A DNA stretch of 49,935 nt, counting the filler, from Bipalium vagum (lineage: Eukaryota): assembly GCA_037834085.1 (NCBI GenBank). It is 2 parts of 2 records of this genome, joined end to end, with 100 filler letters (N's around TTAATTAATTAA, not from the genome) between each part and the next. Parts side by side here need not be neighbours in the genome. Positions count along the whole stretch, not along the records: positions 1 to 19,707 come from JBBMKC010269578.1; 1 more part is not named here. One strand, given 5' to 3'. The notes under the pieces were generated by a model. That model was not told where the DNA came from. It searched no databases and worked only from the letters and a program-made list of their open reading frames with translations. The position numbers and the translations under genes are program-made. Positions 1-13,645 of this stretch are shown in pieces (the first letter of the stretch is position 1; every line of letters starts with the position of its first letter).

Positions 1-72
<72 letters not shown>
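1..72. repeat. (ATT)n microsatellite
   Basis: Pure tat/att triplet run from the window start. Confidence 0.97.
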
Positions 73-1039
73 CGTTACTATTTTTATTATTGATCCTATT
101 TTCGTTTTTATTGTAAATATTATTATTAATACTTATTGTTTTGGAATTATTGGATAACCCAATATCTCATTTTGAAATTTTGAGTCTATCTTATTATAGG
201 CGATTTAATAATCGGTGTACCGTAAGGCCTCGATCTTTGATGAAGATATGGATTAATCATTGGAGGTAGGGGTGGAGAAGGAAAATTAGGATAAAATATA
301 GGAAAAAGATCAGGGGGGATTTAAGTTGGAATAGAAATTTTGGTTTATGTTATTTTGGGGAATCACGGGTTTAAATATTGAGTATGAATGAAAGGGGATT
401 CGATAAAGAGAGATGGAAAAAAGAAAATTATATAAATTAGTATTATAGTTAGAGTTTAAGTTCCTATTTAGTGATTTCAAAGGGGAATATTTATTCCTGT
501 GATTGTAAATTACGGTATATGATTTTGGTCTTGAAATTTTACTTATTATACTAAATTTATTATTATTATTATTATTAAAATGTAAAAAACAAAAAGCATA
601 TCCAACATGGTATCATTTCTCAAATCCACCAAGGGATCATTCTAGAGTGGCTGATGAATGGATCCATGATCAATCGGGAGGGGATAAATGCTCCGCGATT
701 GAGTCCGTTTTACTTCAGAGTGCTCATATTTCGAAGGCATTACTGCAGGATCGGACTGGATAAGAGTAAAAAATTCATGATATCCAATACGACTGATCTC
801 GGGTGCTCATGTCCGGAGATCAATTCCTCTTTAATATCAACTGATACTTGGGGCTCACTCCATGTAGTCAGCACCTGTACTACGCCACTGTGATCAGCGA
901 GTGCTTTCCCACAGTTAATCCTGGGGATCAGCCCTGCTGGATTGGGGCTGAGTAAAAATAAGAAAAATCAGACTCAAAATGTGCGAATAAATGTATAGAG
1001 TGAATTAAAAATATTTTTACACTGATATCAAACAAATTG

Positions 1040-1310
1040 CAGAAAATCTATAGGAATGTTGATCGCTCCACAATTCCAAAGCTTTCACAAAATGTGTATG
1101 CTGGTTGTTTACTTTTCTTTGTTCAAGCTCGTGTGTTAATATGGGCTAATATATACTCACCATCCTTCAAATATTTCACCAATTGTTTGAAGACCTATAT
1201 TCTTTTAAAATTTTCTATCAAGATAACATTTCAGCTCAACGCGAATGGTTTTCTTAAAAATTTTCTTGCATTGTATTATTTCCTCTTTCTGACTGAAACT
1301 TAAACGTATT
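1040..1310 (-). mobile_element. possible pogo/Tigger N-terminal (CENP-B-like HTH) relic
   Basis: Minus strand reads IRLSFSQKEEIIQ, resembling the pogo HTH start, then breaks up with stops. Confidence 0.3.
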
Positions 1311-1676
1311 CCAATTTAGATTAATTCAAAATAAATTTAAGTAAAATAAAATAGAATATAAGTATTATCTAGTAAAATTTTTATTAATATTTAATTAAAC
1401 GGATTTATGTAATAATCAAAAAAATTATTGATGAAGCATAAATTACGATATCACGTTTATTTTAATATCAAATCAATTTCAGAATATATTTTATTTGTTT
1501 TACTCTTATATTTTTAAAGTCACGATAATTCATTTTTACTTCATTTTGATTTTAAATTAACATTTAAGACAATTAAATAAATATGATATTTAAGTATTAA
1601 TTCCTATTTTTTATTAGTAGAAAAAAGATTTTTGCAATCTGACAATTTAAGAAACAAATTCAAGAATGTATTTAAA

Positions 1677-3026
1677 TCAATGATCAAACAAAAACTGAAA
1701 AATAGACACCATCTTTTCATAATTTTTGGATTTCAGTGGGACCCGTTGTTCCAATTTGAAAAATTGTTGATTGAAAGTCATCAGAATATATTTCTTGATC
1801 TTCTTTTCCCGATTGAAAAGTTTTGTCAGCTTCATCATTTCAATGACGGATTTTATTCGATCAATAATGGATTCCGAATCGCGATCTTCACAATCCGAAT
1901 TAAAAATCGCCGCCAAACAATCCACAAATATTGTGGAACATGAACGCCAAGTCAATTGGGGAAACTTTCCACTGAATTATTGATATAAATTTAGGTATTG
2001 ATTAATAATTATAATCAATGATTAATTTTATAAAATAAATGTTACCTATATATAATATTGATGAGTTTGGCTGATTTTTTAATAAACTTTGGCTGATATT
2101 TTACCATTTTGTGACTTGATATCACCATAACCACGATCAAATGAGCAATGACCCGAATAGTTTGATGTGGTATTTCACATTTGAAATATTTGTTTTTTAT
2201 AACGCTCTCCATGAGACCAATACAGTTTTTAACGCTGTTTAAACTAAAATTCGATTCTAATAAATCGACCTAAAGAGAATATTATTATTTAATATTATCG
2301 TCATTTTTATCAAATTTGGTACCTGTTTGGCAATGTCCAAAACAAGAGCTGAGCTGAATAAATTTATAGATTTATTCGTTCGAAGTGAGTTCAACATTGG
2401 TTTTCTAGTATTTTCTGAATTTATAGAATTATGAACTTTTCTTAAAATCTCGTCATGTTCCTCGGTGTCGTTATTCTACAATGGTAAAATTTATTTTAGA
2501 TAATAATGACAAGAAAGGCACTATGACTTACAAAACAGAGGCTTCTAATTTTCGCGTTGTTCATGACAATCTTTGATTCCGGTGTTTCATTGGCGTCTTT
2601 GGAGTAATACGACTTTATCCCATTGAAAATCAGACATGAGGCTTGTTTAAAAATAATGAATAAAAATAGTTCGATCTTAAATGACTTACAAATCATGACA
2701 GGATTATCTAAATTACAGTCAAGGAATAAATCTTCACCGACTTCAATATCCTTATAATTTTTATACTTTCGAACAATATCTTTGATAATATATAAGGAAA
2801 GATTTTCATTTCCAATTTTCGCTTTTATAATATCTAAATGATTGATTATTTTATTGATGTACTTTTGGAAAAATTTGTCCACATTTGAATTTAACGTGTC
2901 TATTGCACTGTCTGCTATTGTGATATTATCTTGATCAAGAGAATGTGATTTTAAAAATAATTTTAATTGGTTTTTTATAACTGAATTAATTATTTCGTTA
3001 AATGAAAAATTATTCAAAGAAAGCAT
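1677..3026 (-). CDS. 4-exon gene, hypothetical protein (~388 aa)
   Basis: Exons 3026-2532, 2475-2323, 2269-2046 and 1971-1677 are joined by GT-AG introns of 56, 53 and 74 nt. They total 1167 nt, open from ATG (MLSLNNF) to TGA (…FLFDH*), and link ORFs 2496..3044 and 1677..1955. The start is uncertain because a GTGAGT donor-like site at 3044 could indicate an upstream exon. No domain recognised. Confidence 0.75.
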
Positions 3027-4189
3027 ATTTAAATTTATACTCACTTAATGAATTATTTAAACAAGATAATTAAAATTTTCAATTAATTAAAGATATCTTT
3101 TTGAATTCCCTAAATAGAAAATAAATTGGATAAAATAACAATTTGTAATTTTTTATTAATTTGTAATTAAATATTCTTAATGAATAAATTATTTCAGAGT
3201 TTTAAAAATCCTATCATTAAAAAAATTTCAAATTTGTAGTTAACCCTTTCATTCCATAAGCCCCATTTATGGATGTTCCTTTAGAATGAAATTTACACTT
3301 CATCTGAAGATTTTACGACATAAAATAATTTAAATCACTGCAGAGACATTATATTTTAATTCCACATTGAAAGACTTTTGCTTTGCATATTTTTTCCTTA
3401 TAAATTTCATCTCAAATTTGTACTTTTTTGTAATTTTCGACTTTATAACTTCAAGGTAAGATTTTTTGTATTTTGTTTTATTTATAAATTTCATGTACAG
3501 TGTCTAACTAAAATGTGATATTGTGTGGTAATTTTCTAATGGTAATGATATGATTATGATAAGGTATTGAATAAATTTTTTCTTTTTTGTATATATCAAT
3601 TTATAAGTAATACGCCTACATTCCATGATCCCCAAATGGGACTAGTCCTAAAATCTCAATAATGTTTTTAATTTTTATTAAATTTATACATAATCTTAAT
3701 AGGTTCTATATCAACTATTATACACTAAGTAAATAAAATTTCTCTTCCCTCTTGAATTCTGGAAAGAAATTGGTTAATATACTTAAATAAGTACTATAAT
3801 AATTATAATTTTTATATATTTGAAATAACTGCGGCATGGTTTTCCTTCAAATTAATAATTTAATCTCAAAGTAATCTCGATTTTTAAACTTTTTTACATA
3901 ATGTAATTTTTTTAATGTTTATTTTTTAAAAATTTGATCAGGAAATTATCTTAGATAATAGAAAATTTGGATTACATTCCGTATATTTTTTGTTTAAAAT
4001 CATTAATTTAAAATTTTATTTTAAAATATTAACTATTCAAATACTACTACATATTCTATTTAATAATTTTTCAGTAACTTTTACTTATAATTTTACTAAT
4101 TTAAAATCCACATTGTTGATAGAATTTCTCAAATCATGTTGCATATTTTTCAAGAGTTTTTCAGCATTTAATTTTGAATTGAAATATAC

Positions 4190-4919
4190 GAATCTTTTTT
4201 CCCCCGTGGGGAAAAGAGGAAGAGAATTTTATTGGGCTACATAATAAATAGGTAAATAATTTGCATTATATGCATACAAATATGGTCGATCATTATTATT
4301 AAAATAATCTAGAACCATTTCTGTACTGGTACAACAGATGTGATTGTTAATCATCTTTTTTCAAAGGTGTTTTAAAGCGATGTTTACCATGCCAACCCAA
4401 TGCAATGTAAGCCACATACTAGAAATAATGATGGTGTAGCATTTAGTTGCACAGAAACAGTAACCTAACACAAAACCTGGGTATTAGGAATTGTAGATAT
4501 CACCCATGAATAAAAAAAATTATCTAGATGTAGTTGAAAACAGAAAAGAAAACACTCTACTACCAATAGTTAAAAGTGTATGTCGAGGAGTACAATTATT
4601 ATAAGTGATTAATGAAAAGCTTATAATGATATTGAAAACATTAGATTTCGTCATTTGAAATTCATTAAATTTTGTGGATCCAAAACACATGCAAATACAC
4701 AAGCAATAGGAATCTTATTGAGCAAAAAAGATATTTTAGGAGATGAGATCGGTTTATATCTGAAAGAATTAATGTGGAAGGATAATGTGTTCAATGATTG
4801 GAAAAATCTGTTGAATCTAATAAAGGTTTAAATATTTATATTTTTATTGTTTTCTTGTCTTAATTTTTATTAATTTAATATTAGTTTTTTTATTTTTGGT
4901 GAGAAATGGTAAAAGATCC
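4190..4919 (+). mobile_element. Merlin (IS1016/IS1595-like DDE) DNA transposon, internally deleted and decayed
   Basis: Zn-ribbon-like N-terminus (HLFSKGVLKRCLPC…NNDGVAF) and IS1595 DDE motifs (TWVLGIVD, VVENRKENTLLPIV, IIISD, NFVDP, HANTQAI). Ends gaatcttt…/…ggtaaaagatcc; aatatac(g) duplicated on both flanks (~8-bp TSD). Confidence 0.85.
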
Positions 4920-7900
4920 CAATATACGCAATACAAATAATATTCTTTAAATAATTTGATATACCTAATTTTATTTTTGACATAATTTGTGATTCTTTAG
5001 AAATTTTTTTGAAAATACCAATTTATTATTAAAATTTTCAAATATTATGACGTGAGAATCATTTGCCTAAATATTTTTAAGTATGACTTTAAAAATACAA
5101 ATATGAATTGAGAAGTCACAGATGACAGTCACTAATCATTCCTTTGTAAATTAAAATAAAAGTATTTTGTATTAGTCTTAATTACTTTTAATTTTACATT
5201 TACTAGATTAACCCTTTGAAGCTTTGCTCTGAAACTCGAGGACATATTATTTCAGGTATTCTTTCTTATTAATTTTCTTATATATTATTAAAAAAAATTA
5301 ATATTTTAACTATTAATTAATAAAATTAAAAAATTAATGAGAACTATATTAAAATAAGGACCGTTAACGATAACTTTAACGATAAAAAATTAACTTTATG
5401 AAAATTAACAGACGTCATAGCAAATATTATCCATGAAATGAAAAGGCTCATCCGTGAGTTAATGTATACAAAAATCTGTTAAGGTCGGATCAAACCTCTA
5501 AAAATACCGAAATTGGGTCTTTCCGAAAAAGAATAAGTGATCAAAATAAATGTTACCAACCTTAATAAATATTTTGATTCAGTTGTAAAAATATCATTTT
5601 ATTAACTTTATTCTATAAAATAGTACCAAATTTTTTAGACTACCTTTATAAGTTGATTTTAATGGATTACCTGTCAATTTTCAATGAATTGTCCTGGATT
5701 ATCGTAATGAAACCATTTCCCATAATATCTTGCTCAATTTTTATTTATAACCCATTATAAGTATTTTTGATATGTCTTCTTCGGTTATCTCAAAACCAAG
5801 ACGTAATTTTAATTAAATAATTATTAAAATTAAAAATTTTTTATTGCAGAAAGACTGAACTGGTTGCTATCTTTCATAACAAAATATATATTTAATTTAA
5901 CAAATAGCTTTTATTTTTCGATCTCTTATTTACACATTCTCATAAGAAATTAGACCAAAACTTTAACATTCTCAGATACCTACTAAATCAGCACTTAGAA
6001 AAGTAACAATAATAAGATCATAGAAAGATGCAGCGTAGAGATGAAGCATCCTGGAATATCACATTTATTTGATAACAGTTTGGACATTTGTGAATTCGTT
6101 AAAACATTGTATTTTATTTTAGTGTGCTATTAATTATGTTTAATGTTAACAAGAATTGAAGGTTGTTACTACATTTAGTAAGTTTAATCTAATTAAAATA
6201 GTTTAAAATGAGAAATAGAATTTTTAACCAATCAAAAAGTTGAAATGATAAAAATTTTTAGTATTTAAACCAATGATATTTTACATGAATTTCCCTATAG
6301 AACTTATATAAAGACTTAATTAAAGTTATAAGTTTCAATAATTTCAACTTTTTCTTGGACACTAGATTCTGTGGTATTACTATGGCCAGCAGAATATATT
6401 TTTTAACATCAGAACGTCTTCTGATATGGTAAAACAAGGTATTTCTAATTAAATAAAACTTTAAAATATTAGAATGAAGTAATTACAGATATGCAGTATC
6501 TGTGATAAAAATATTTTTATTATTAATTTTCATTCATCTTTGATGTACACTTATTCAGGGTGAGTTTGTGACTCAAAAATCTACTATCACTGACAGTTAC
6601 ATTTTAGGTAGTTAGATCAAATAAATCTTGCACTTCTAAATGTAGATTGGACTGTCATAATGGTTTCCTAATCCTCTTTACATTGATTAAGTTCTAATGG
6701 TACCTCAAACCAAATTTTGCTGGAGCTAGTTTTGTCTTACAATTTTATAGATTTCCGCGTATATCAAAATAAATATAACTTTAATTTGGTAACTATTATA
6801 GCCCATCAAAGTAACTTTGCTCGTAATCAATAACTCCTCACTTAACAATGTTTAGCTCGTAGTTCTATTGTCAATGCACAAAGTTAAATTCAATTAGAAT
6901 CAAAACAGATAAACTTTTTTAAAATGCAAAACTGGTTTGTGTACACGAATCACCAAAAATCGCAATCAACTCAAGAATCAAAGTCAAAACTGATCAACTG
7001 TCCAAAAATCAATTTAACACAAATGCACGTTAAAATAACTTATGATTAAGAATAATATTTAATGTAGATGAAGTTCAAAAGAATATTAAAAATTAAGAAC
7101 AAACAAACAAAAATTAAGAATAGTCTCCCTCAGAGCGACAAGGGGTCCCCGGCTCTTCCTCTAGGTCCTTTGTAGGTCACCTATGGATTCCCAAACTCGT
7201 TGGGTCTTCTTGTATATTCCTTTCGCGATGTCATCATTAACGAACCTAAACAAAATTACTGAATTTTCTTCTGACGAAATAATCCTTGGCAATATTCTTC
7301 GAGTCCAATAAACAATAACCTTCTAGGTCATAACTCATCCACGTAATAATAATCTTCTAGACAATGACAATCTTCTTCCACGTAATAATGATAATATAAA
7401 ACTCCTTTTTTGGGTATATTCTGGGAATAGCCGTCTCTTTATATAGTCGTAGAGATTGGTCTACGATCACCTACGCTTAGAGACGGTTATTTTCACTAAT
7501 AGCCATTAATCAAACTCTATCTCCAAGCCGAGATATAGTTTGATCAAAGAAAAAATCTAATTGAAACTTACATATGAAAACGACTGTCAGAAAATCCATT
7601 AGCCTAGTATATCAAAATCCCGAAGGCTTTTTAGGAATAATTTAAAGAACATTTTAATTATTATAATAATAATAATCTGGTTTCGTGCCTTTGGCAAACC
7701 CAACAATTTTTGTTAATTTGACAGCCTATATAAAAATCTATTTTTGGGGAATCAGTTTGTAATACTTAAAACGTGTTCAATTTCAATAAAATGACTAGGT
7801 TAATCAATTATATTTTTTCTTGTTTATCTGCATTAATGTAAGTCATACAAGACATTAGCCATTTATACGATTAACATTTCAAAATAAAAATCGAGAATTA

Positions 7901-8554
7901 ATTTTTTCATAGTTGGATTTCGCATTCAGTAAATTGTGTAGTTTATCAAGAACCAATAATTTTGAACTTCTAGAAATGGAGAGAACCGAACTGTTATTTC
8001 ATCTTTTCTTGACCTGACTTACTACGCAGGACTTCTCATGTCACTGTCAAATTAACTTGTCCGTACTCATTAAAGAATACATTGTTCGTTGGACACAGAT
8101 TCGTAAATTTCAGACAGGAACTTATAGACAATAAGACCTAAAAATTTAATTGCACTTTTTTAAAGCTAAGGTTGTATTTAATAGAAATGACATGCTTCCT
8201 AATTTTCTCTCATATCATTGTTAATGTAGGTAGACCATTGATATTTAGGCAGTTGGTAATTGAAATGTAATATTTTCACAAACATAACCATAGACCATTT
8301 CCTTCATTATTCAAATTTGCAAAACTTGAATCAATTCTCAATGTGGGTTAATCTTCATTTTCACTTTAATGACTACTGAAGTTTCACAATGACTTTAATA
8401 CACAATACGATATGAGGGGTCCGGATGATGTCATCATAATCTATAGTTGTATCCCAAAATGTTTTATAATATTTTTGATAAAAGATGTCAAATATGCTAA
8501 TGACAATTGATAGAGAACGAAACTACATTGACATTTTAATTAAAGTGCAAGAAA

Positions 8555-10821
8555 TCAACTATTAAAAAGTTTGCATTGTAGGAGCTGGTGAGCTGTCTCA
8601 CGAAGTTTTGGATCCGGATGGAGAGTTCTGTCTAATAGATCCTTCATTTCATCTGACATCGGGTTCAAAGGTACAAAGTCGATTTTCTTTTCTGTTCCAA
8701 TCTTGATCATGGCAACGGATTGAGAAAAATCGTAGTAAGGTGGTTTTCCTAAATCAAAACACTCTTTGAAAGACTTTCATTTTAAAAGCAAAATCACAAG
8801 ACAAAAAATTTCTTAACTAAAAATTAAGTGACCATTGCTCCAAACTGAGCACCAACCTCGAATCAACCCAAACGATTTGATATCGATTAATGTTATTTTA
8901 AAAACTTGGTTTTACTTGTATTTCTTGTTAAAGAAAAATTCTTTCAACCGACCTGATAACATTGCCACATTTGTAGCTCCAAAAGACCAAATATCCGAGG
9001 AAAAGAAATAGTGGGCTTCAATGATTACCTCTAGAGCCAAATAAGAGGCTGAACCTGCAGTTAGAGTATGATATGGTTCCATAGCTTTGGAAAGACAGGG
9101 CCGGGTGATTTCACTGTTAATATCTTCGAAACTCGAACCAGGATTTGTTAATATTCGACCATGTCCGAAGTCACATAACTTCACTCTACCCCGAGAATCG
9201 ATCAAAATATTTTCCGCTTTTAAAATTAAAAAGAATTATTTATCTCCGAAAAATATATGACTAATTAGACCAAACCGTCAACTTTGAAAAAAGACGTTGG
9301 AAAAAAAAATAAAGTACAATGATTTATTTTTCAAGAAACTTTAACAAAGAAGCAAGAAACGTGAATATATATTTGGAGGTGGAATGTGATTAAGTCCCTT
9401 ATGGAACAAACTGAGAGGTGGGACGATTCACAAACAACGGAAAACTTTGGACATGATGAACAGGAAGGAAGTGAGTGAGATGGATTAAATGAAAAAATCT
9501 ATCATCCGAGCTAAGTTATTTCGCTTAGTTTGCAAAAGAGGTAAATCAAAAGATTATATTCCATGTCTCCTTTCAATAGTTTCAGTTTGAGCTATAATTT
9601 TAAAAATGTTTACGTTTGATATCCCGGTGGATGATTCCATTGGAATGAAGATGTTCCAAACCTTTTAGAATTTCTATGTCGATGACCATAATCTCTATAT
9701 GAGGCAGAGATCTTTCTTTTATTATTTGATCAAGAGATGTCTGAGATAATTGTAAGAAAAAGTATCATTCAGATGCTTTAATTTTAAATATTTCTTTCAT
9801 ATCTTGCTTTGTTTTACTTGAAATAATGAAATTGAGTCGAAATATTTGTTACATTTTTATTTAAATTACTGTATATAAGAAATTGAGTCATAAAGCATAT
9901 CATGTGATGACACGAAATTAAAAGTTTATTTTTAACAATTAAAGGACTACCGGTGTTACTGTCCATAACATAAAATAATAATAACAATAATAGTATTAAA
10001 ATATAATTATTTAATAATAATAATAATTGATTAAAAATATATAATTGCTATTATATCTAATATTGTTGCTGCAATTGTTATTATTGTAAAATCAAAAATT
10101 GACTTACACCTCCAGTATTTTTCATCAGCACGTAGCACTTTTTTTCGTCTGAGCTCTCTCCAACATATTCCACTATATTCTTATGGCATAGAGGCCCCAT
10201 AAATTCACTCAAATTTTGTTCAACACTTTTCTGCTTATCGTCAATCCATTTACTTTTTAATTTCTTTACTACGAAATTTGGGTCAAACTCTATTTATATA
10301 AACCTTTCCATAACCTCCTTCACCGATTTTTTCTTTCATTTCAAACTTCGTCACATTCGAAGCTAAGAATTAAGAAGTAAAAAAGGTTAAGAAAATATTT
10401 TAAAAATAATAAAAAATTAAAAATCTCTTAAAAAAGAAATATAAAGAAAAAATTTCATCCGATTTTAAAGTATTTTGTATTTTATAAAATGTCATTTTCA
10501 TTTAAATATAATTTGTTTGAATATTTATCCACCCCAGTCCTCTGGTCACTTTTGATTAAAAGAAAGAATACTTTCATATTGATATTTTAAATGAATAAAA
10601 TTGTTGGTGCTAGTATTAATATATCGTGAAGTCTTGAAAAAGGACATGGTATATACTTTTTATTTCATTTTACATAAGTTTTTCAATAAAAATTTGTAAA
10701 ATTTCTAAACCGTGCCCAGAAATACATTAAACAGTAAAAAGAGATCATTACAATTTAACTTGAACATAAAGTCGCGAATGAGATCTTCGTTCGGAGATTT
10801 CAACAATGTCTTCCTCTCAGT
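8555..10821 (-). pseudogene. spliced Ser/Thr protein kinase, STE11/MEKK-like; one frameshift (pseudogene or assembly error)
   Basis: Exons 10821-10752, 10362-10108, 9740-9614, 9216-8953 and 8748-8555 have GT-AG boundaries and compatible phases. Motifs: IGEGGYGKVY, FVVKK, HKNIVEY, IIHRDIKPENIL, KLCDFG, YLALE (APE variant), SDIWSFG, GKPPY…AMIKIG…DPKLRETAHQLL. One extra nucleotide in the TATATA run at ~10291-10300. Confidence 0.88.
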
Positions 10822-12749
10822 CTGAAAATAATTTATTTTCTAAAATTATAAATAATGTACTTTAATTATTACATTTTTGCAGTTCAGCTCATTAAAGAAA
10901 TATTTATGTTAAGTTCCTAGAAAATGATACAAAAATTGGTTTAAAAAATCAATTTTGGGCTTTTAGGCAACTTAACAAGGTTTACTGTAATCAAAAGGAT
11001 TTATATGCGCGTAACTTTAAGAGTAAGGTGCACATAAAAATTGTAATAAGTGACAATATAGACACAAAATCGATTATAAAATACTGAATCGAAAAATAAC
11101 ACGGTTAACAAATTATTAACCAAGATAATTATTTTTTATAAAATATATTTTTAATAAATTTGACAATAGGGTTTTAGTTAAAATTTAAATTTAAGGTAGA
11201 ACCCAGAGAAGAAGGCTTACTTAAGATAAAAGAAAACACCCTTCGGTAGCTTACTCTCAATAACCCTCAGTTAAAAATTCGGTTCTCCGTCCTATTTGAC
11301 GTGAAGAACACAAAAAAGAAAATACTGGAAAATAAAAGAAAAACAAAGAAATTATTTGACTCTAATATCTGCCGTAGGTTCACCGAGCATTAGCACCTTA
11401 TTTATTTAATTATTACTAATTCGTAATAGAATTATAGTTAGTAATTGTTTTATTATATATTGTAATTTAAGAATCGGATTACGTGCACACAGTGTGAAGC
11501 CAAAAATGTTTTATTAGAATTTGTTAATTATTGATAGTTTATTTAGATATGTGATCAAATATAATAAACACTTCAAAAATATTTTTACTATTGATAATGA
11601 TTTCTTTGTGACATCGTGGTTTTTTTCAAATATTTTTTCGTATTTTTACTCCACTGAGTTTTCAAATGACTTTCGTATGTTTTTCGTCCACTCGATCCTT
11701 TTGATTCTGATTCTGTTTTCAGTAGTATTTTGAGAATTTTTTTGTCTTTCATACTGAAGTGCTTCAGTACTGATATTATATTATTTCTAAGTTTAGTATT
11801 TTATTGTTAATATTTTTAGATTTGCCTTAATTTTTATCATAAATCTATTTTTAGAAACATTCTTTAAAATAATTATTTTTTAATAATTTATTTTTTCCTA
11901 TTTTGTCAAAATTATTCATCAAAATGATTTTTTTTAATTTATCGTAATAATTCTTTATCTTTCTATTTCAAATTTTATTTGATACTTATTTTAAGATAAG
12001 GAAGAAGGACATAATGATTTTAAATAAATAAACTTTTACACAAAATTATACTTTTAATACAAAAAATCTAAGGATTAATGTATTGTTTTAATATCCATGT
12101 TACTATGAAGGATTAAAAGAACTTCTGATTACATAAACCTAAAGTTTATTTTGTAATGATGTTATTAAAGTTGATAATAAAATTGGTTAGAATTTTTGAA
12201 GTTTAGACAAAAATAATTTTTAAAGAATAAAAATTCATTGAATAAATTTAATTTTTATAAAGTTGTTCAAATATTCAAAAACAAAAAAATATTGAAAAAG
12301 ATTTCTAAAAATTTTAATTTATGAATAACTTAATTATAATTTTCTTCATTTTTATGGATTTTTGGAAAACTGTTAATAGTGTAAAAAGCAGACACTACCA
12401 CGATTACTGGAAATTTAGTTTAGTCATCTTATTACTACTATTAACTTTATTTTTACTGAAACTATTTAATTGATCTTGAAATTGGTCTTATGAGGTAGAC
12501 AGGAAAGTAATGTCAATTTTTTTACATAAAATCTGAATAATTTTTTATTTTTAATGAAAGACAATCACCCCCTTGTAAATAACCTTTTGCAATCTACTAT
12601 GCAACTTTTCAAACTCGGGTTTATAAAAATCAATTGGGTTTAGAGTGAAATATTGTGATAGGACATTTTGAATATCTTCCATATTTTTTCCCAAATAGAA
12701 AATTTAGCGATCGAAATAAATGATAATCCTATTGTGCAATGTCAGGTGA

Positions 12750-13285
12750 ATATGGTATATGAGACAGAACCCTAACCTACGACTTTTTTCTTTTAGATTA
12801 TCATATAAGATTCACTTTTCGTAAACTGCGATCTAATGATCAAAAAACGTTCCTGCACTATGTTGTTGAAGCAATAACTGTCATGTATTCATTTGATTAA
12901 CGTTATTGCCTTCGGACAGTAACGTGAGATACCCAAACATTTGTTTTGCAAATGTTCTTGGATGGTCAACAAAAGTTGATTAAGTGTGTTTGATATTTCC
13001 TCGACAGTCTGTCACTTGTTTGCCTCTACGTTCACCCTTAAGATGTAGTTATCCAAAGTTATTGGCCTTCTTGATCGATACAATTCCGAAACATCTAAAT
13101 TACTGGGTCAAAACTTTGAAAATCACCTTTGGCAGTTCTGAACGTCAAATGTTTTTGGGTAGACATTGCAATTGTTTTTAGTTGCAACTGTTGCACTACT
13201 GCCCTTAGATAAATTCAAACAACATACAATGCCGGATATGCACATCTTCTGGTATTTGAGTGTCCATTAAAAGTAAAACGACAAG
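12750..13285 (-). mobile_element. mariner transposase 5' relic
   Basis: MDTQIPEDVHIRHCMLFEF…ATKNNCNVY…RSRRP, a mariner HTH N-terminus with stops and frameshifts. Confidence 0.7.
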
Positions 13286-13645
13286 TACAGTTTGAGATTT
13301 AATATTTTAGAAGGAAATAAGTTACTTTAACTTTAAAATGTATTTAGGTTGCTTTAAAATTAGCAATCAAATGATAAATAATAATGAAGTATTTAAACAA
13401 AAAGACATTACTTTCCGGTCCATCTAATATTTTATAATTCGAAATTGAGCTTTGAAATCTTTTTTTAACATTTCGAGAACACATTGAATTAATTTGATTA
13501 ACTAATTTTCACGACTATTTTGAAGCATTTCCGTATATTTTTCTTTAGACAAATATTATTAAATAAAGATAACCGAAACTTATCTTCATTTAAATAACAA
13601 AACGATAATAAAAATAATTAAGTTAAATAATGATTAACGTATTAC

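Noticed and set aside
3240-5220. TTAACCCTTT piggyBac-like ends at ~3240 and ~5208
   Set aside because: Both are in the same orientation, with no matching inverted end and no transposase remnant found.
7120-7560. Possible solo LTR (TATA box, short repeats)
   Set aside because: No TG…CA boundaries, TSD or second copy could be identified.
10873-13542. TAA/TAG reassignment (ciliate-like code), suggested by in-frame TAR codons in linker exons and TGA ends of three genes
   Set aside because: The 641-aa ORF, the 388-aa gene and 330 ankyrin codons contain many Gln and no in-frame TAA/TAG, which is not expected under reassignment in an AT-rich genome.
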